From: the human T2T-CHM13v2.0 reference genome, Homo sapiens
DNA: 64,000 nt
Assembly: GCF_009914755.1 (NCBI RefSeq)
Contig: NC_060939.1
Strand: one strand, 5' to 3'
The position numbers and the translations under genes are program-made. The notes under the pieces were generated by a model. The model ran no database searches. It saw nothing but the letters and a program-made list of their open reading frames with translations, and was not told the DNA's origin. This document shows, in pieces, positions 1 through 10,674 of the stretch; the first letter of the stretch is position 1, and each line of letters starts with the position of its first letter.

Positions 1-893
1 TGCTCAGGGAGAGTTAACCTGTAGCCTGCCTCTGGGTGGCCAAGATTGTCCTTGACTCCTGGCTCTGGGTTCCCACAACCCCTGGAGGAAGACAAGTAAT
101 TGTGCTTGGGAAGAGAGAACAAGGCCATACTTTTGCCTTTCTTTTTTTCATTCTTAGTTTGAGAACAGTGGAGTTCCAATCACCTGGCATAGCTTTCATG
201 TTGTGTTCCATGCATTGTGAGTACATGCATATGGCAGGAACACACAGGTTCCCACTGCAAGCTGAGCCTGATAGGCAAGGAGTCTCTAGCTTAACCCCAG
301 CCCAGTGTACGTCAATGGCTTCCTCATTAAAATTGCATGGCCCTGTAGCTTTTGTGAGTGACATTATAGGTATCGATGTAAGGGTGTTGAGAGGGATGCT
401 CAATGTCAGTGCTCTTTAGTGTGCTGATGCACTACTACAAGGGCACCTGAGCCCTTGTCCATGCATTTCTGTGTCCAAAATCAGGTAAAGCCAGAGTTGG
501 GTATCAACCAGATACACTGCAGGGGATCAGAGGACATGGCCTTTGTGTACTGCACATCTGTCAGATTTTCTCAAGCACACCCGTGTTTCCTCTTCACCTC
601 CCACGTGGAAGTGATGAATTGGCCAGGACCATGTTGGTGAGGGACAATCATCATCTCATGTTAACCTCAGAGAAGCCAGGAAGCTCCTGGACACACATGG
701 TGTAGGCTTCCTTGGAGGCTGTTGGATCTCTCCTGAATGTAAGCAATTCCTTCCCAGTGCACCCTGATTTTCCTCATTTGCAGAAACAAAGATTGTGTGT
801 GGATCGATGATGACTTCCATATATACATTCCTTGGAAAGCTGAACAAAATGAGTGAAAACTCTATACCGTCATTCTCGTCGAACTGAGGTCCA
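1..893 (+). ncRNA. 3' part of sno-lncRNA2 (116-13/116-14)
   Basis: Published sno-lncRNA pairing, from recall. The upstream exon acceptor reads AC instead of AG at 603-604. Confidence 0.6.
800..893 (+). ncRNA. SNORD116-14: C/D box snoRNA SNORD116, group II
   Basis: TGGATCG-ATGATGA (C) ... CTGA (D') ... ATGAGTGA (C') ... CTGA (D)-GGTCCA; 94 nt with terminal stem; variant GTCATTCTCG. Number assigned by order and recalled variants. Confidence 0.95.
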
Positions 894-1944
894 GCACATT
901 ACTCCAACAGGGGCTAGACAGAGAGGGCCAACATTGATTCGTTGACATGGGTGGCACCAAGGGGACCATCCAGGCTTAGGATGGGGTTTCTTTGGGTGAA
1001 TGGTAGACACAGGGGAGTAGGATCTCCCATGCACAGGACATACCTTGTTTGAAGGACTTCTGTGTCCTAGGGCTGGATAACTCATGTGCTGTCTGGAGGA
1101 CTAGGTGAATGGCAGATTGCATGGGAAGAGTTAACTGGTAGCCTGCCTCTGATGGCCAAGTTTGTCCTTGAGTCCAAGCTCTGGGTACCGAAGTCCCCCA
1201 GAGGAAGACAGATCCTTCTGGTTGCGGGGAGAGCAAAAGGCTACACCTTTGCCATTAGTTGGCTCATTTTATCCTTAGCTGAGGATGTTGGAGTTGTGTT
1301 TACCCGGCATAGCCTCTGTGCCTATGTGCCCATGTTGTGTACTGTGCATTGTGAGGATGTATATTTGGCATGAACAGGCAGGCTTCCTCTCCAAACTGGG
1401 GCTGATAGACAGCGAGGCTCTGGGTTATCCCAAACCAGATACAGGTCAATGGCTTCCTCTTTAGGGGTGCAGGGCCTTGATTATTTTGTGACTGGCATTG
1501 CAGGTGTTGAAACAAGGGTATTGAGAAGGATGCTCAACATCAGTGCTCTTTAGCGGGATGATGCATTCTGAGGGCTGCCATCCCCAAGATGAGCATACTT
1601 GTGTCCATAAATTTCTGGGTTCACGAACAAGGGAAGCCAGAGACAGGCATATTCCAGATAAACCACAGGGGGAAGATAGCATGGTCCTCGTGACCTGTGC
1701 ACCCGTCTGCCTTTCTGAAGCATGCTTCTTTATCCTCTGCACTTCGCAGGTAGTGTTGGTGTAAAAGGCAAACCCGTGTCATGAGGGATGGTCATCATCT
1801 TGTGTGATCCTTGGAGATGGCAGGAAGCCCTGGACATACATGGTGTGGGGGCTCCTCCAGAGGCTGTTGGGATCCTCCTGGATGTAAGTGATTCCATTTC
1901 AAAGCACCCTGAGTTTCCTCATTTGCAGGGATGGAGATTGTGTG

Positions 1945-2038
1945 TGGATCGATGATGACTTCCATATATACATTCCTTGGAAAGCTGAACAAAATGAGTG
2001 AAAACTCTATACCGTCATCCTCGTCAAACTGAGGTCCA
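1945..2038 (+). ncRNA. SNORD116-15: C/D box snoRNA SNORD116, group II
   Basis: Intact C, D', C', D boxes; 94 nt; variant CGTCAAACTGA. Confidence 0.95.
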
Positions 2039-3425
2039 GCACACTGCTCCATCAGGGGCTCGAGAGAGAGGAACAACATCCATTTGTTGACACAGACTGC
2101 ACCAAGGCTTGGGGTGGGGTCTTTTTCTGGCAGAGGAGAGTAGCTGGGAATTTTGGACGTTTGTAACTAAGAGACAGCTTGGTTGAAGGCAGCCAGGTGT
2201 GTCGTCAATTTGTACCTTGGGTCCCTTGTCCTCCAGAGGAAGACTATTGCTTCCACATGGGGAGACAGCACAAGGTCATTCCCAGACACCTCTTTCACTC
2301 ACTTTCATCCTTGTCAAGGGACGTAGGACTTCCCATGGTGTTTGGATAGCATCAGGGGCAGGCAGGCAGTCTTCAGGAGGATGGCGATGCTGATTTGCTT
2401 TCTGCAGAGGAGCCCAGAGAGGGTATCCACACTGAACTTGTATGTCCATAGGAGGAAACCCAAACCGCATGGTCCCAGAAGGGTCCTGGTGGTTAGAAGG
2501 GGAGAAAGCTGCACATGCATTTACCACACAGTCTTCTGTCTGGGTTGTGGAGAGATGACTGTGAGCCTCTTTTGGGTGTTATAGGGTGCATACGGTTTAT
2601 TTTATGATGATCTTGGGATGCTGGGATGGGAATGTAATTGCGAATCCATGTGTTCCCGCAACTCCACAGACTTGACTTGGTTTGGCAGGTTTGTGTTCAG
2701 GCCCTCTGTGGAATGCTTGTCTTCATTAAGAATTTGAGATGGGGCTGGGCACGGTGGCTCACACCTTCTGGGTGCTTGAGCTGCACCTGTGAGAAAGACC
2801 CCGAGGTGGAGGCTGAATTGTGATTGAGCATGATTCTTGAATGTGAAGTGTGTTGATGGATGCTTGCAGTAAAAATGCTTCAAGGCTAAAGGAAAATTGC
2901 CCTATGCACAGGAAGAGTTTTTTTTTTCCCAAAACTCTCCCCATTCAAATATCTCTATGGTCTCTGTCTTCTCTGATGGCCAAGGGAAGGGCTTTTGAGT
3001 CGGGGCACCAAATGAGTGGTGTCCAGAGTTCTTCACATTTAGTGCTCTGAAGCTTGCTGGTGCCCTCAAAATGTATGTGTGCCTCAAACCTTCATGCATG
3101 GGTACTCCCATGCACACATCCTGAAATGGGTATCCCATGGGAAGTAGCGATAGGGTATCCCACAGGGGGTTGAATGGCATGGCCCTTGTGACCTATGTGT
3201 TTGCCTGCCTTTCTCAAGCACACCCGTGTTGCCTCTGTACTTCCTAGGTGGTGTGGGCATGGAAGGAAGGCCAGTGGAGACAATGGATGATCTTGTTCTT
3301 AGCAGATCACTGGATGTGGCAGGGAGTCCTAGGACATGTGTGGTGTGGGCTTCTTCAGGTGCTGGTAAGTATCTATTCCCCAAAACCCCCTAATGTTACT
3401 CCTTTGTGGGCATGAAGACTGTGCA

Positions 3426-3519
3426 TGGATCGATGATGACTTTCATACATGCATTCCTTGGAAAGCTGAACAAAATGAGTGAAAACTCTATACCGTCATC
3501 CTCGTCGAACTGAGGTCCA
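3426..3519 (+). ncRNA. SNORD116-16: C/D box snoRNA SNORD116, group II
   Basis: Intact boxes; 94 nt; variant CTTTCATACATGC. Confidence 0.95.
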
Positions 3520-4245
3520 GCACATTGCTCTTACAGGGGCTGGAGTGAGGGCCAAGTTTCATTTGTTGCTGCAGGTTGCACCAAGGGGTTTGTTCAGTTG
3601 TAGGAGGGGCTCCCTTTCTGCAAGGGGTAGTCACAGGGTTGTGAGATCTCTCATAAATAGGAAATTGTTTTAGGGACTTCTCTCTGCAAGGTAACACACA
3701 CACACCGTCTGTAGGACTATGTGAATGTGAAGGTGACATGGGAAGACTTAGCCTGTAGCCTGCCTCTGGTGGCCATATTTGTCCTTGAGTCTTAGCTCTG
3801 GGTTCCATCATTCCCTTGAGGAAAGACAGGTGTTTGTGCTTGGGAAGAGAGCACAAAGCCCCACCTTTGCTGTTTTTTCCACTCATTTTCATCATTGTTC
3901 AAGGACATTGCAGTTCCGGTTTTATCCATAACCAGGGAAGCCAGAGACAGGCAGATAGCAGATATGCCATAGGGGGCCAGATGACACGGCCCTCATGACC
4001 TGTGAATGTGTCTGCTTTTTTGAAGCACACTCGTATTTCCGCTGCACTTCCCAGGTGGTGTTGGCATGAGGAAAGGAGGTATCTTCGAGGGACAATCTTC
4101 TTCTTGTGCGATCCTTGGAGATGCCATGAGGCCCCTGGACACATGTGGTGTGGGCTCCTTTGGAGGCTGTTGTATCCCTTCTGAATGTAAGTGTCCACTT
4201 TCCAAAGTCCTGATTTTCCTCATTTTTGGGCATGAATAATGTGCA

Positions 4246-4339
4246 TGGATCGATGATGACTTCCATATATACATTCCTTGGAAAGCTGAACAAAATGAGT
4301 GAAAACTCTATACCGTCATCCTCGTCGAACTGAGGTCCA
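4246..4339 (+). ncRNA. SNORD116-17: C/D box snoRNA SNORD116, group II
   Basis: Intact boxes; 94 nt; identical to the copy at 7185. Confidence 0.95.
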
Positions 4340-6042
4340 GCACACTGTTCATCAGGGGCTAGAGAGAGAGACAACATCCATTTGTTGACACAGGCTGCAT
4401 CAATGCTTGGGATGGGATCGTCTTTGGGTGAAGTGGAGTAGCTGGGCATTTTGGACTTCTGTGGCTGAGAGACAGCTTGGTTGAAGCTCTTCCCTCTGTG
4501 TGGCTATGTGTGTTATCGATTCATACCCCTTGGCTCCTGCACTCCCCAGAGGAAGACAGTTACTGCTGCATGGGGACACAGCACAATGTTGTTCCCAGGC
4601 ACTTCTTCGGCTCACTTTTATCCTAAGTCGGGGACATGGGAGTTCCTGTGGTGTATGGGTATCATCAAGGGCAGGCAGTCGTGAGGAGGGTGGCAATACT
4701 GATTTGCTTTCTGCAGAGAAGCCCAGAGAGGGTATCCACGTTGAATTGTATGTCCATAGGAGGGGGAAACCCAAGTCCCGTGGCCCCTGAAGCATCCTGG
4801 CAGTGGAAGGGGAGAGGGCCGTGCATGCGTGTACCACACAGCCTTCTGTCTGGGTCACAGAGCGACGACTGTGAGCCTCTTTCGGGCATTGTAGGGTGCC
4901 CATAGTCCATTTCATGATGACCTCAGGGTGCTGGGATGGGAATGTAATTGTAGGTCCACGTGCTCCTGCATCTCTGCAGACTGACTTGGTTTGGAAGGTC
5001 TGTGTTGAGGAACCTCTGTGGGATACTTTTCCTTGGTGCATTTGAGGTGTCTGATAATGAGTGTGTGGGTTTCTGTATCCTGGTGACTTCTACTCAGAAA
5101 TGTGACCCAGCAAGGTCTCTGTGCTTAAATACCTTAGTGGCTTGTGATGTTAGGTTATTTTCAAATTCCTCCTAATTGTGTGTGACAATTCACACAAGTC
5201 TTTGTGAAATTGTCCTTGAATTGTATGACAGGGCTAGTGTCTGTAGGCCAGTGATGGATAAGTTTTGGACTCCACAGCCATGTTCACAGCCAAGTGGCTT
5301 AAGATGTATGGTGTTCTTAGTCATAGTGCCTTGGAAGCCCTGTAGGATTCAGCATGTCTTGTGCTCTTCTGGGTCCCCGAGCTGTACCTTTGAGGAAAAC
5401 CCAGAGGTGGAGGTTGATTTGTGATTGAGCATGTTTCTCAGTGGGAAGAGTGTCAAAGGAGCCTGGGGTGAAAGTACTTCAGGACCAAAGGAAAATTGCC
5501 CTTCACTCAAGAAGAGGCTTTCCTTGAACCTGTCCCCACTGAAATATCCTCATGGGCTTCATCTTCTCTGATGGCCAAAAGCAGGACTTTTGATTCAGAG
5601 GTGGCAAATGAATGGTGTTGAGAGAGTTTGTTATGCTTGGTGCTCTGTAGCTGGAAGGAGCCCTCAAAATTATTGTGTGCATGATAGCTTCATGCCTGCT
5701 TACACCCATGCACATGTCCCAGTAAGAGGGGCTGCCTGTGGGAGATACATACACGATACACCACAGTGGGATGAATTGTATGGCCCTTGCAATGTGTGTA
5801 CCTGCCTGCTGTTGTCAAACACACCTGTTTTTCCTCTGAACTTTCCAGGTGGCGTGGGCATAGAAGGAAGGCCAGTGGCCACGAGGGACAATCTTGGTCT
5901 TGGGAGATCCTGGAAATGATAGGGAGTCCCTTGATATGTGTGGCATGGGCTCCTTCAGGTGCTAGTGGATTCCTTAGGATGGTAAGTGTCCATTTCTCAG
6001 AAGCTCCAGATATTCCTCCTCTGCAGGGACAAAGACTGTGCC

Positions 6043-6136
6043 TGGATCGATGATGACTTCCTTATATACATTCCTTGGAAAGCTGAACAAAATGAGTGAA
6101 AACTCTATACCGTCATCCTCGTCGAACTGAGGTCCA
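6043..6136 (+). ncRNA. SNORD116-18: C/D box snoRNA SNORD116, group II
   Basis: Intact boxes; 94 nt; variant CTTCCTTATA. Confidence 0.95.
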
Positions 6137-7184
6137 GCACATTGCTCTTACAGGGGCTAGAGAGAGAGGGACAAATTTCATTTGATGATGCCCATTGCAC
6201 CAAGGGGTTCTGTCCAGGCTTAGGATGGGGTCTCGTTTGGGCAAAGGAGAATGGCAGGGGAGTGGAGGCTATGTACACAGGAGATTCCTTGTTTGAAGGA
6301 CTCTATTTGTGAGGCCAGGGTACCACACATGCTGTCCGCAGGAGTAGGTGAATGTGCAGTTGCCCAGGAAGAGTTAGCCTGTAGCCTGCCTCTGCATGGC
6401 AGTTTGTCCTTGGGTCCTGGCTCTGGATTTCCATGTTCCTTGGAGGAGGATAGGTGATTTTGCTTGAGAAGACAGCACAGTACCATACTTTTGTTGTTTT
6501 TCTGCTCATTTCATCGTCCATTGAGGACAATGAAGTTGTGGTCAGCAGGCATAGCTTTCAGGCCAGCGTGCCCATGTTGTGTCCCATGCATTGTGAGCAC
6601 ATGCATGTGGCATGAACACATAGGCTGCCACTCCAAGCTGAGTCTGATAGGCAATGAGACTCTGGCTTATCCTGATCCCGGTGTAGATCAAAGTCTTCCC
6701 AGTAGGATTGCATGGCCCCGAGGCTATTGTGAGCTGCATTGCAGGTGTGGAAGCAAGGGTGTTGAGAGGGATGCTCAACATTAGTGCTCTTTAGCGAGAT
6801 GATGCACTATAAGGGCACCCTGAACCCAGACGTGCATCCCTATGTACGTGCATTTCTGTGTCCATAAATAGTTGAAGCCAGACAGCCAGATTCCAGATGT
6901 ATCGCAGGGGGCTGGATGACATGGCCCTTGTCACCTGTGTACCTGTCTGCCTTTCTGAAGCACGCTTGTGTTTCCTCTACACCTCCCAGGTAGCATTGGC
7001 ATGGAAGGCAGGCCCATGTTGGTGAGGGACAATTGTTATCTTGTGTGAGCCGCAGGGATACCAGGAAACCCCTGGACACAAATGGCAAAGGCTTCTTTGG
7101 AAGTTGTTGGATCCCTTCTGCATGTAAGCAGTTCTTTCCCAGAGCGCTCTGATTTTCCTCATTTGCAGGGACAAACACTGTGCG

Positions 7185-7278
7185 TGGATCGATGATGACT
7201 TCCATATATACATTCCTTGGAAAGCTGAACAAAATGAGTGAAAACTCTATACCGTCATCCTCGTCGAACTGAGGTCCA
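7185..7278 (+). ncRNA. SNORD116-19: C/D box snoRNA SNORD116, group II
   Basis: Intact boxes; 94 nt; identical to the copy at 4246. Confidence 0.95.
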
Positions 7279-8319
7279 GCACATTACTCCATCAGGGGCT
7301 AGACAGAGAGGGCCAACATTCGTTTGTTGATATGGGTTGCATCAAGGGGTCCATCCAGGCTTAGGATGGGGTCCCTTTGGGCAATTGGAAGTCACAGGGA
7401 AGTGGGAGCTCCCATGCACAGGAAATTCCTTATTTGAAGGACTTCTTTCTCCCTGGGCGGGATAACTCACCTACTGTCTGAAGGACTAGGTGAATGGCAG
7501 GTGGCATGGAAAGAGTTTGTGGGTAGTCTGCCTCTGGTGGCCAAGTTTGTTCTTGAGTCCAAGCTCTGGATTCCCAGAGGAAGACAGATCCCCTGGTTGC
7601 GGGGAGAGCACAAGCCTACACTATTCTCACTTGTTAGCTTGTTTTGTCCTTGGCGGAGGACGTTGTATTTCCAGGCACCCAGCATAGCCTCTTTGCCGCA
7701 TTTCCATGTCATATCCCATATGTTATGAGGATTTGTGTATTGCATGATCAGGCAGGCTTCTGCTCCAAGCTGGGGCTGTCAGGCAAGGAGTCTCTGGGTT
7801 ATTCCAAACCTGATTTAGGTCAGTGGCTTCCTCTTTCAGGATTCATGGCCCCAAGGCTTTTGTGAGCACCATTGCAGGTGTTGAAGCAACGATGTTGAGA
7901 GGGATGCCCAACATCAGTGCTCTTTAGCAGGATGGTGCACCTCGAGGGCCCCTGGCCCTGGGACGAGCATCTGCGTGTCCATGCATTTCTGTGTCCATGA
8001 ACAGGCGAGGCCATAGACAGGCAAATAGCAGATGTGTCACAGGGGACTGGATAACATGGCCCTCGTGACGTGTGCAACCTGTCTGCCTTTCTGAAGCACG
8101 CCTGTGTTTCCTCTGCACTTCACAGGTGGTGTTGGCATGAAAGGCAGGCTTGTATCATGAGGAATGATTGTCATCTTGTCTGATTCTTGGAGATGGCAGG
8201 AAGCCCCTGGAAACACATGGTGTGGACTCCTTCACAGGCTGTTGAAACCCTCCTGAATGTAAGTGATTTCATTCCAAAGCACCCTGAGTTTCCTCATTTG
8301 CAGGGATGAAACCTGTGTG

Positions 8320-8413
8320 TGGATCGATGATGACTTCCATATATACATTCCTTGGAAAGCTGAACAAAATGAGTGAAAACTCTATACTGTCATCCTCGTC
8401 GAACTGAGGTCCA
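8320..8413 (+). ncRNA. SNORD116-20: C/D box snoRNA SNORD116, group II
   Basis: Intact boxes; 94 nt; variant ATACTGTC. Confidence 0.95.
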
Positions 8414-9461
8414 GCACATTACTCCAACAGGGGCTAGACAGAGAAGGCCAACATCCGTTTGTTGACATGGGTTATATCAAGGCGTCTGTTCAGGCTTAGA
8501 ATGTGGTCTCTTATGGGTGATGGGGGTCACAGGAGAGTGGTGGCTCCCATGTATAGGAAATTTCTTGTTTGAAGGACTGTCAGTGAGGGTGGGTAACACA
8601 TGCATTGTCTGCAGGACTAGGTGAATGTCCATGTGGCCTAGCAAGAGTTAGCTGGTAGCCCGCCTCTGGTTGCCAATTTGTTCTTGAGTCCTTGTTCTGG
8701 GTTCTCAGGTCCCACGGAGGAAAACAGATCTGTGTGGTTGAGAGGTGGGTACAAGGCCGCATCTTTGTCATTTGTTGGCTAACTTTGTCCTTGGTTGAGG
8801 ACATTAGAGTTTTGGTCACCAGGCATAGCCTATGTGCCTTTGTGCCCGTGTTGTATCCCACGTGTTTTGAGGACATGTATTTTGCACGTAAAGGTGAGCT
8901 CCTGCTCCAAGCTGGTTCTGATACCAAAGGAGTCCCTGGCTTATCCTAAACTCATGGTAGGTTAAAGCCTTCCTCCTTAGGGGTTCAGGGCCGCAAGGCT
9001 TTTGTGAGTGGCATTGCAGGCGTTGAAGCAGTGATGTTGAGAGGGATGGTCAATGTCAGTGCTCTTTAGCAGGATGGTGTACTGCAGGGGCCCCCAGCCC
9101 CGAGACGAGCATCCCTGCATCCATGCATTTCTGCCTCCATGAACAGGGGAGGCCAGAGACAGGCAGATAGTAGATAAATTGCAGGGGACTGGATGACATG
9201 GCCCTCGTGACCTGTGCACCTGTCTGTCTTTCTGAAGCACGCCTGTGTTAACTCTGCACCTCCCAGGTAGCACTGGCATGGAGGGCAGGCACATGTTGGT
9301 GAGGGACAATTGTTACCTTGTGTGAGCTGCGGAGATACCAGGAAGCCCCTGGACACAAATGGCAAAGGCTCCTTCGGAAGTTGTTGGATCCCTTCTGAAT
9401 GTAAGCACTTCTTTCCCAGAGCACTCTGAGTTTCCTCATTTGCAGGGACAAATACTGTGCG

Positions 9462-9555
9462 TGGATCGATGATGACTTCCACATATACATTCCTTGGAAA
9501 GCTGAACAAAATGAGTGAAAACTCTATACCGTCATCCTCGTCGAACTGAGGTCCA
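9462..9555 (+). ncRNA. SNORD116-21: C/D box snoRNA SNORD116, group II
   Basis: Intact boxes; 94 nt; variant CCACATATAC. Confidence 0.95.
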
Positions 9556-10580
9556 GCACATTACTCCAACAGGGGCTAGACAGAGAGGGCCAACATCTGT
9601 TTTTTGACATGGGTTATACCAAGGCATCCGTTCAGGCTTAGGATGGGGTCTTTTATGGGTGATGGGGGTCACAGGAGAGTGGTGGCTCCCATGTATAGGA
9701 AATTTCTTGTTTGAAGGACTGTCAGTGAGGGTGGGTAACACATGCATTGTCTGCAGGACTAGGTGAATGTCCATGTGGCCTAGCAAGAGTTAGCTGGTAG
9801 CCCGCCTCTGGTTGCCAATTTGTTCTTGAGTCCTTGTTCTGAGTTCCTGGAAGGAAACAGATTTGTCTGGTTGGGAGGAGAATACAAGGCCACATCTTTG
9901 TCGTTTGTTGGCTAACTTTGTCCTTGGTTGAGGACATTAGAGTTTTGGTCACCAGGCATAGCCTATGTGCCTGTGTGCCCGTGTTGTATCCCATGTGTTT
10001 GGGGGACATGTACATTGCATGAACTAGTGAGCTCCTGCTCATTGCTTCTGATACCCAAGGAGTCCCTGGCTTATCCTAAACCCAATATAGGTTAAAGCCT
10101 TTCTCATTAGGGGCCCAGGGTCCCAAGGCTTTTGTGAGTATCATTGTAGGTATTGAAGCAACGATGTTGAGAAGGATGCTGAACATGCTCTTTAGTGGGA
10201 TGACGTACTCTGAAGGCTCCTGACCCCCAGATGAGCATCCTTGTGTCCGTTAACTTCTGTGTTTATGAACAGGTGAGGCCAGAGACAGGCAGACAGCAGA
10301 TGTATTGCAGGGAGCTGGATGACATGGCCCTTGGAACCTGTGCACATGCCTGCCTTTCTGATGCACGTCCATGTTTTCTCTGCACCTCCCCGGTGGTGTT
10401 GGTATAAAAAGCAGGCTTACATCAGCAAGGGATGATTGTCGTCTCATGCGATCCTGGGAGATGGCAGAAGTCCCGGGACACATGGAGTGTGGGCTCTTTC
10501 GGAGGCTGTTGGATCCCTCCTGAATGTAAGTGATTCCTTCTTAAAGCATGCTGATTTTCCTCATTTGCAGGGGCAAGGAC

Positions 10581-10674
10581 TGGATCGATGATGACTTCCA
10601 TATGTACATTCCTTGGAAAGCTGAACAAAATGAGTGAAAACTCTATACCGTCATCCTCGTCGAACTGAGGTCCA
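10581..10674 (+). ncRNA. SNORD116-22: C/D box snoRNA SNORD116, group II
   Basis: Intact boxes; 94 nt; variant CATATGTAC. Confidence 0.95.

Larger units (their letters stand above)
6043..7278 (+). ncRNA. sno-lncRNA3 (116-18/116-19)
   Basis: Recalled pairing; TGCATG motifs at 6393, 6602, 6709 and 7119; weak intervening donor GTAAGC. Confidence 0.65.
8320..9555 (+). ncRNA. sno-lncRNA4 (116-20/116-21)
   Basis: Recalled pairing; weak intervening donor AAT|GTAAGC at 9401. Confidence 0.65.
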
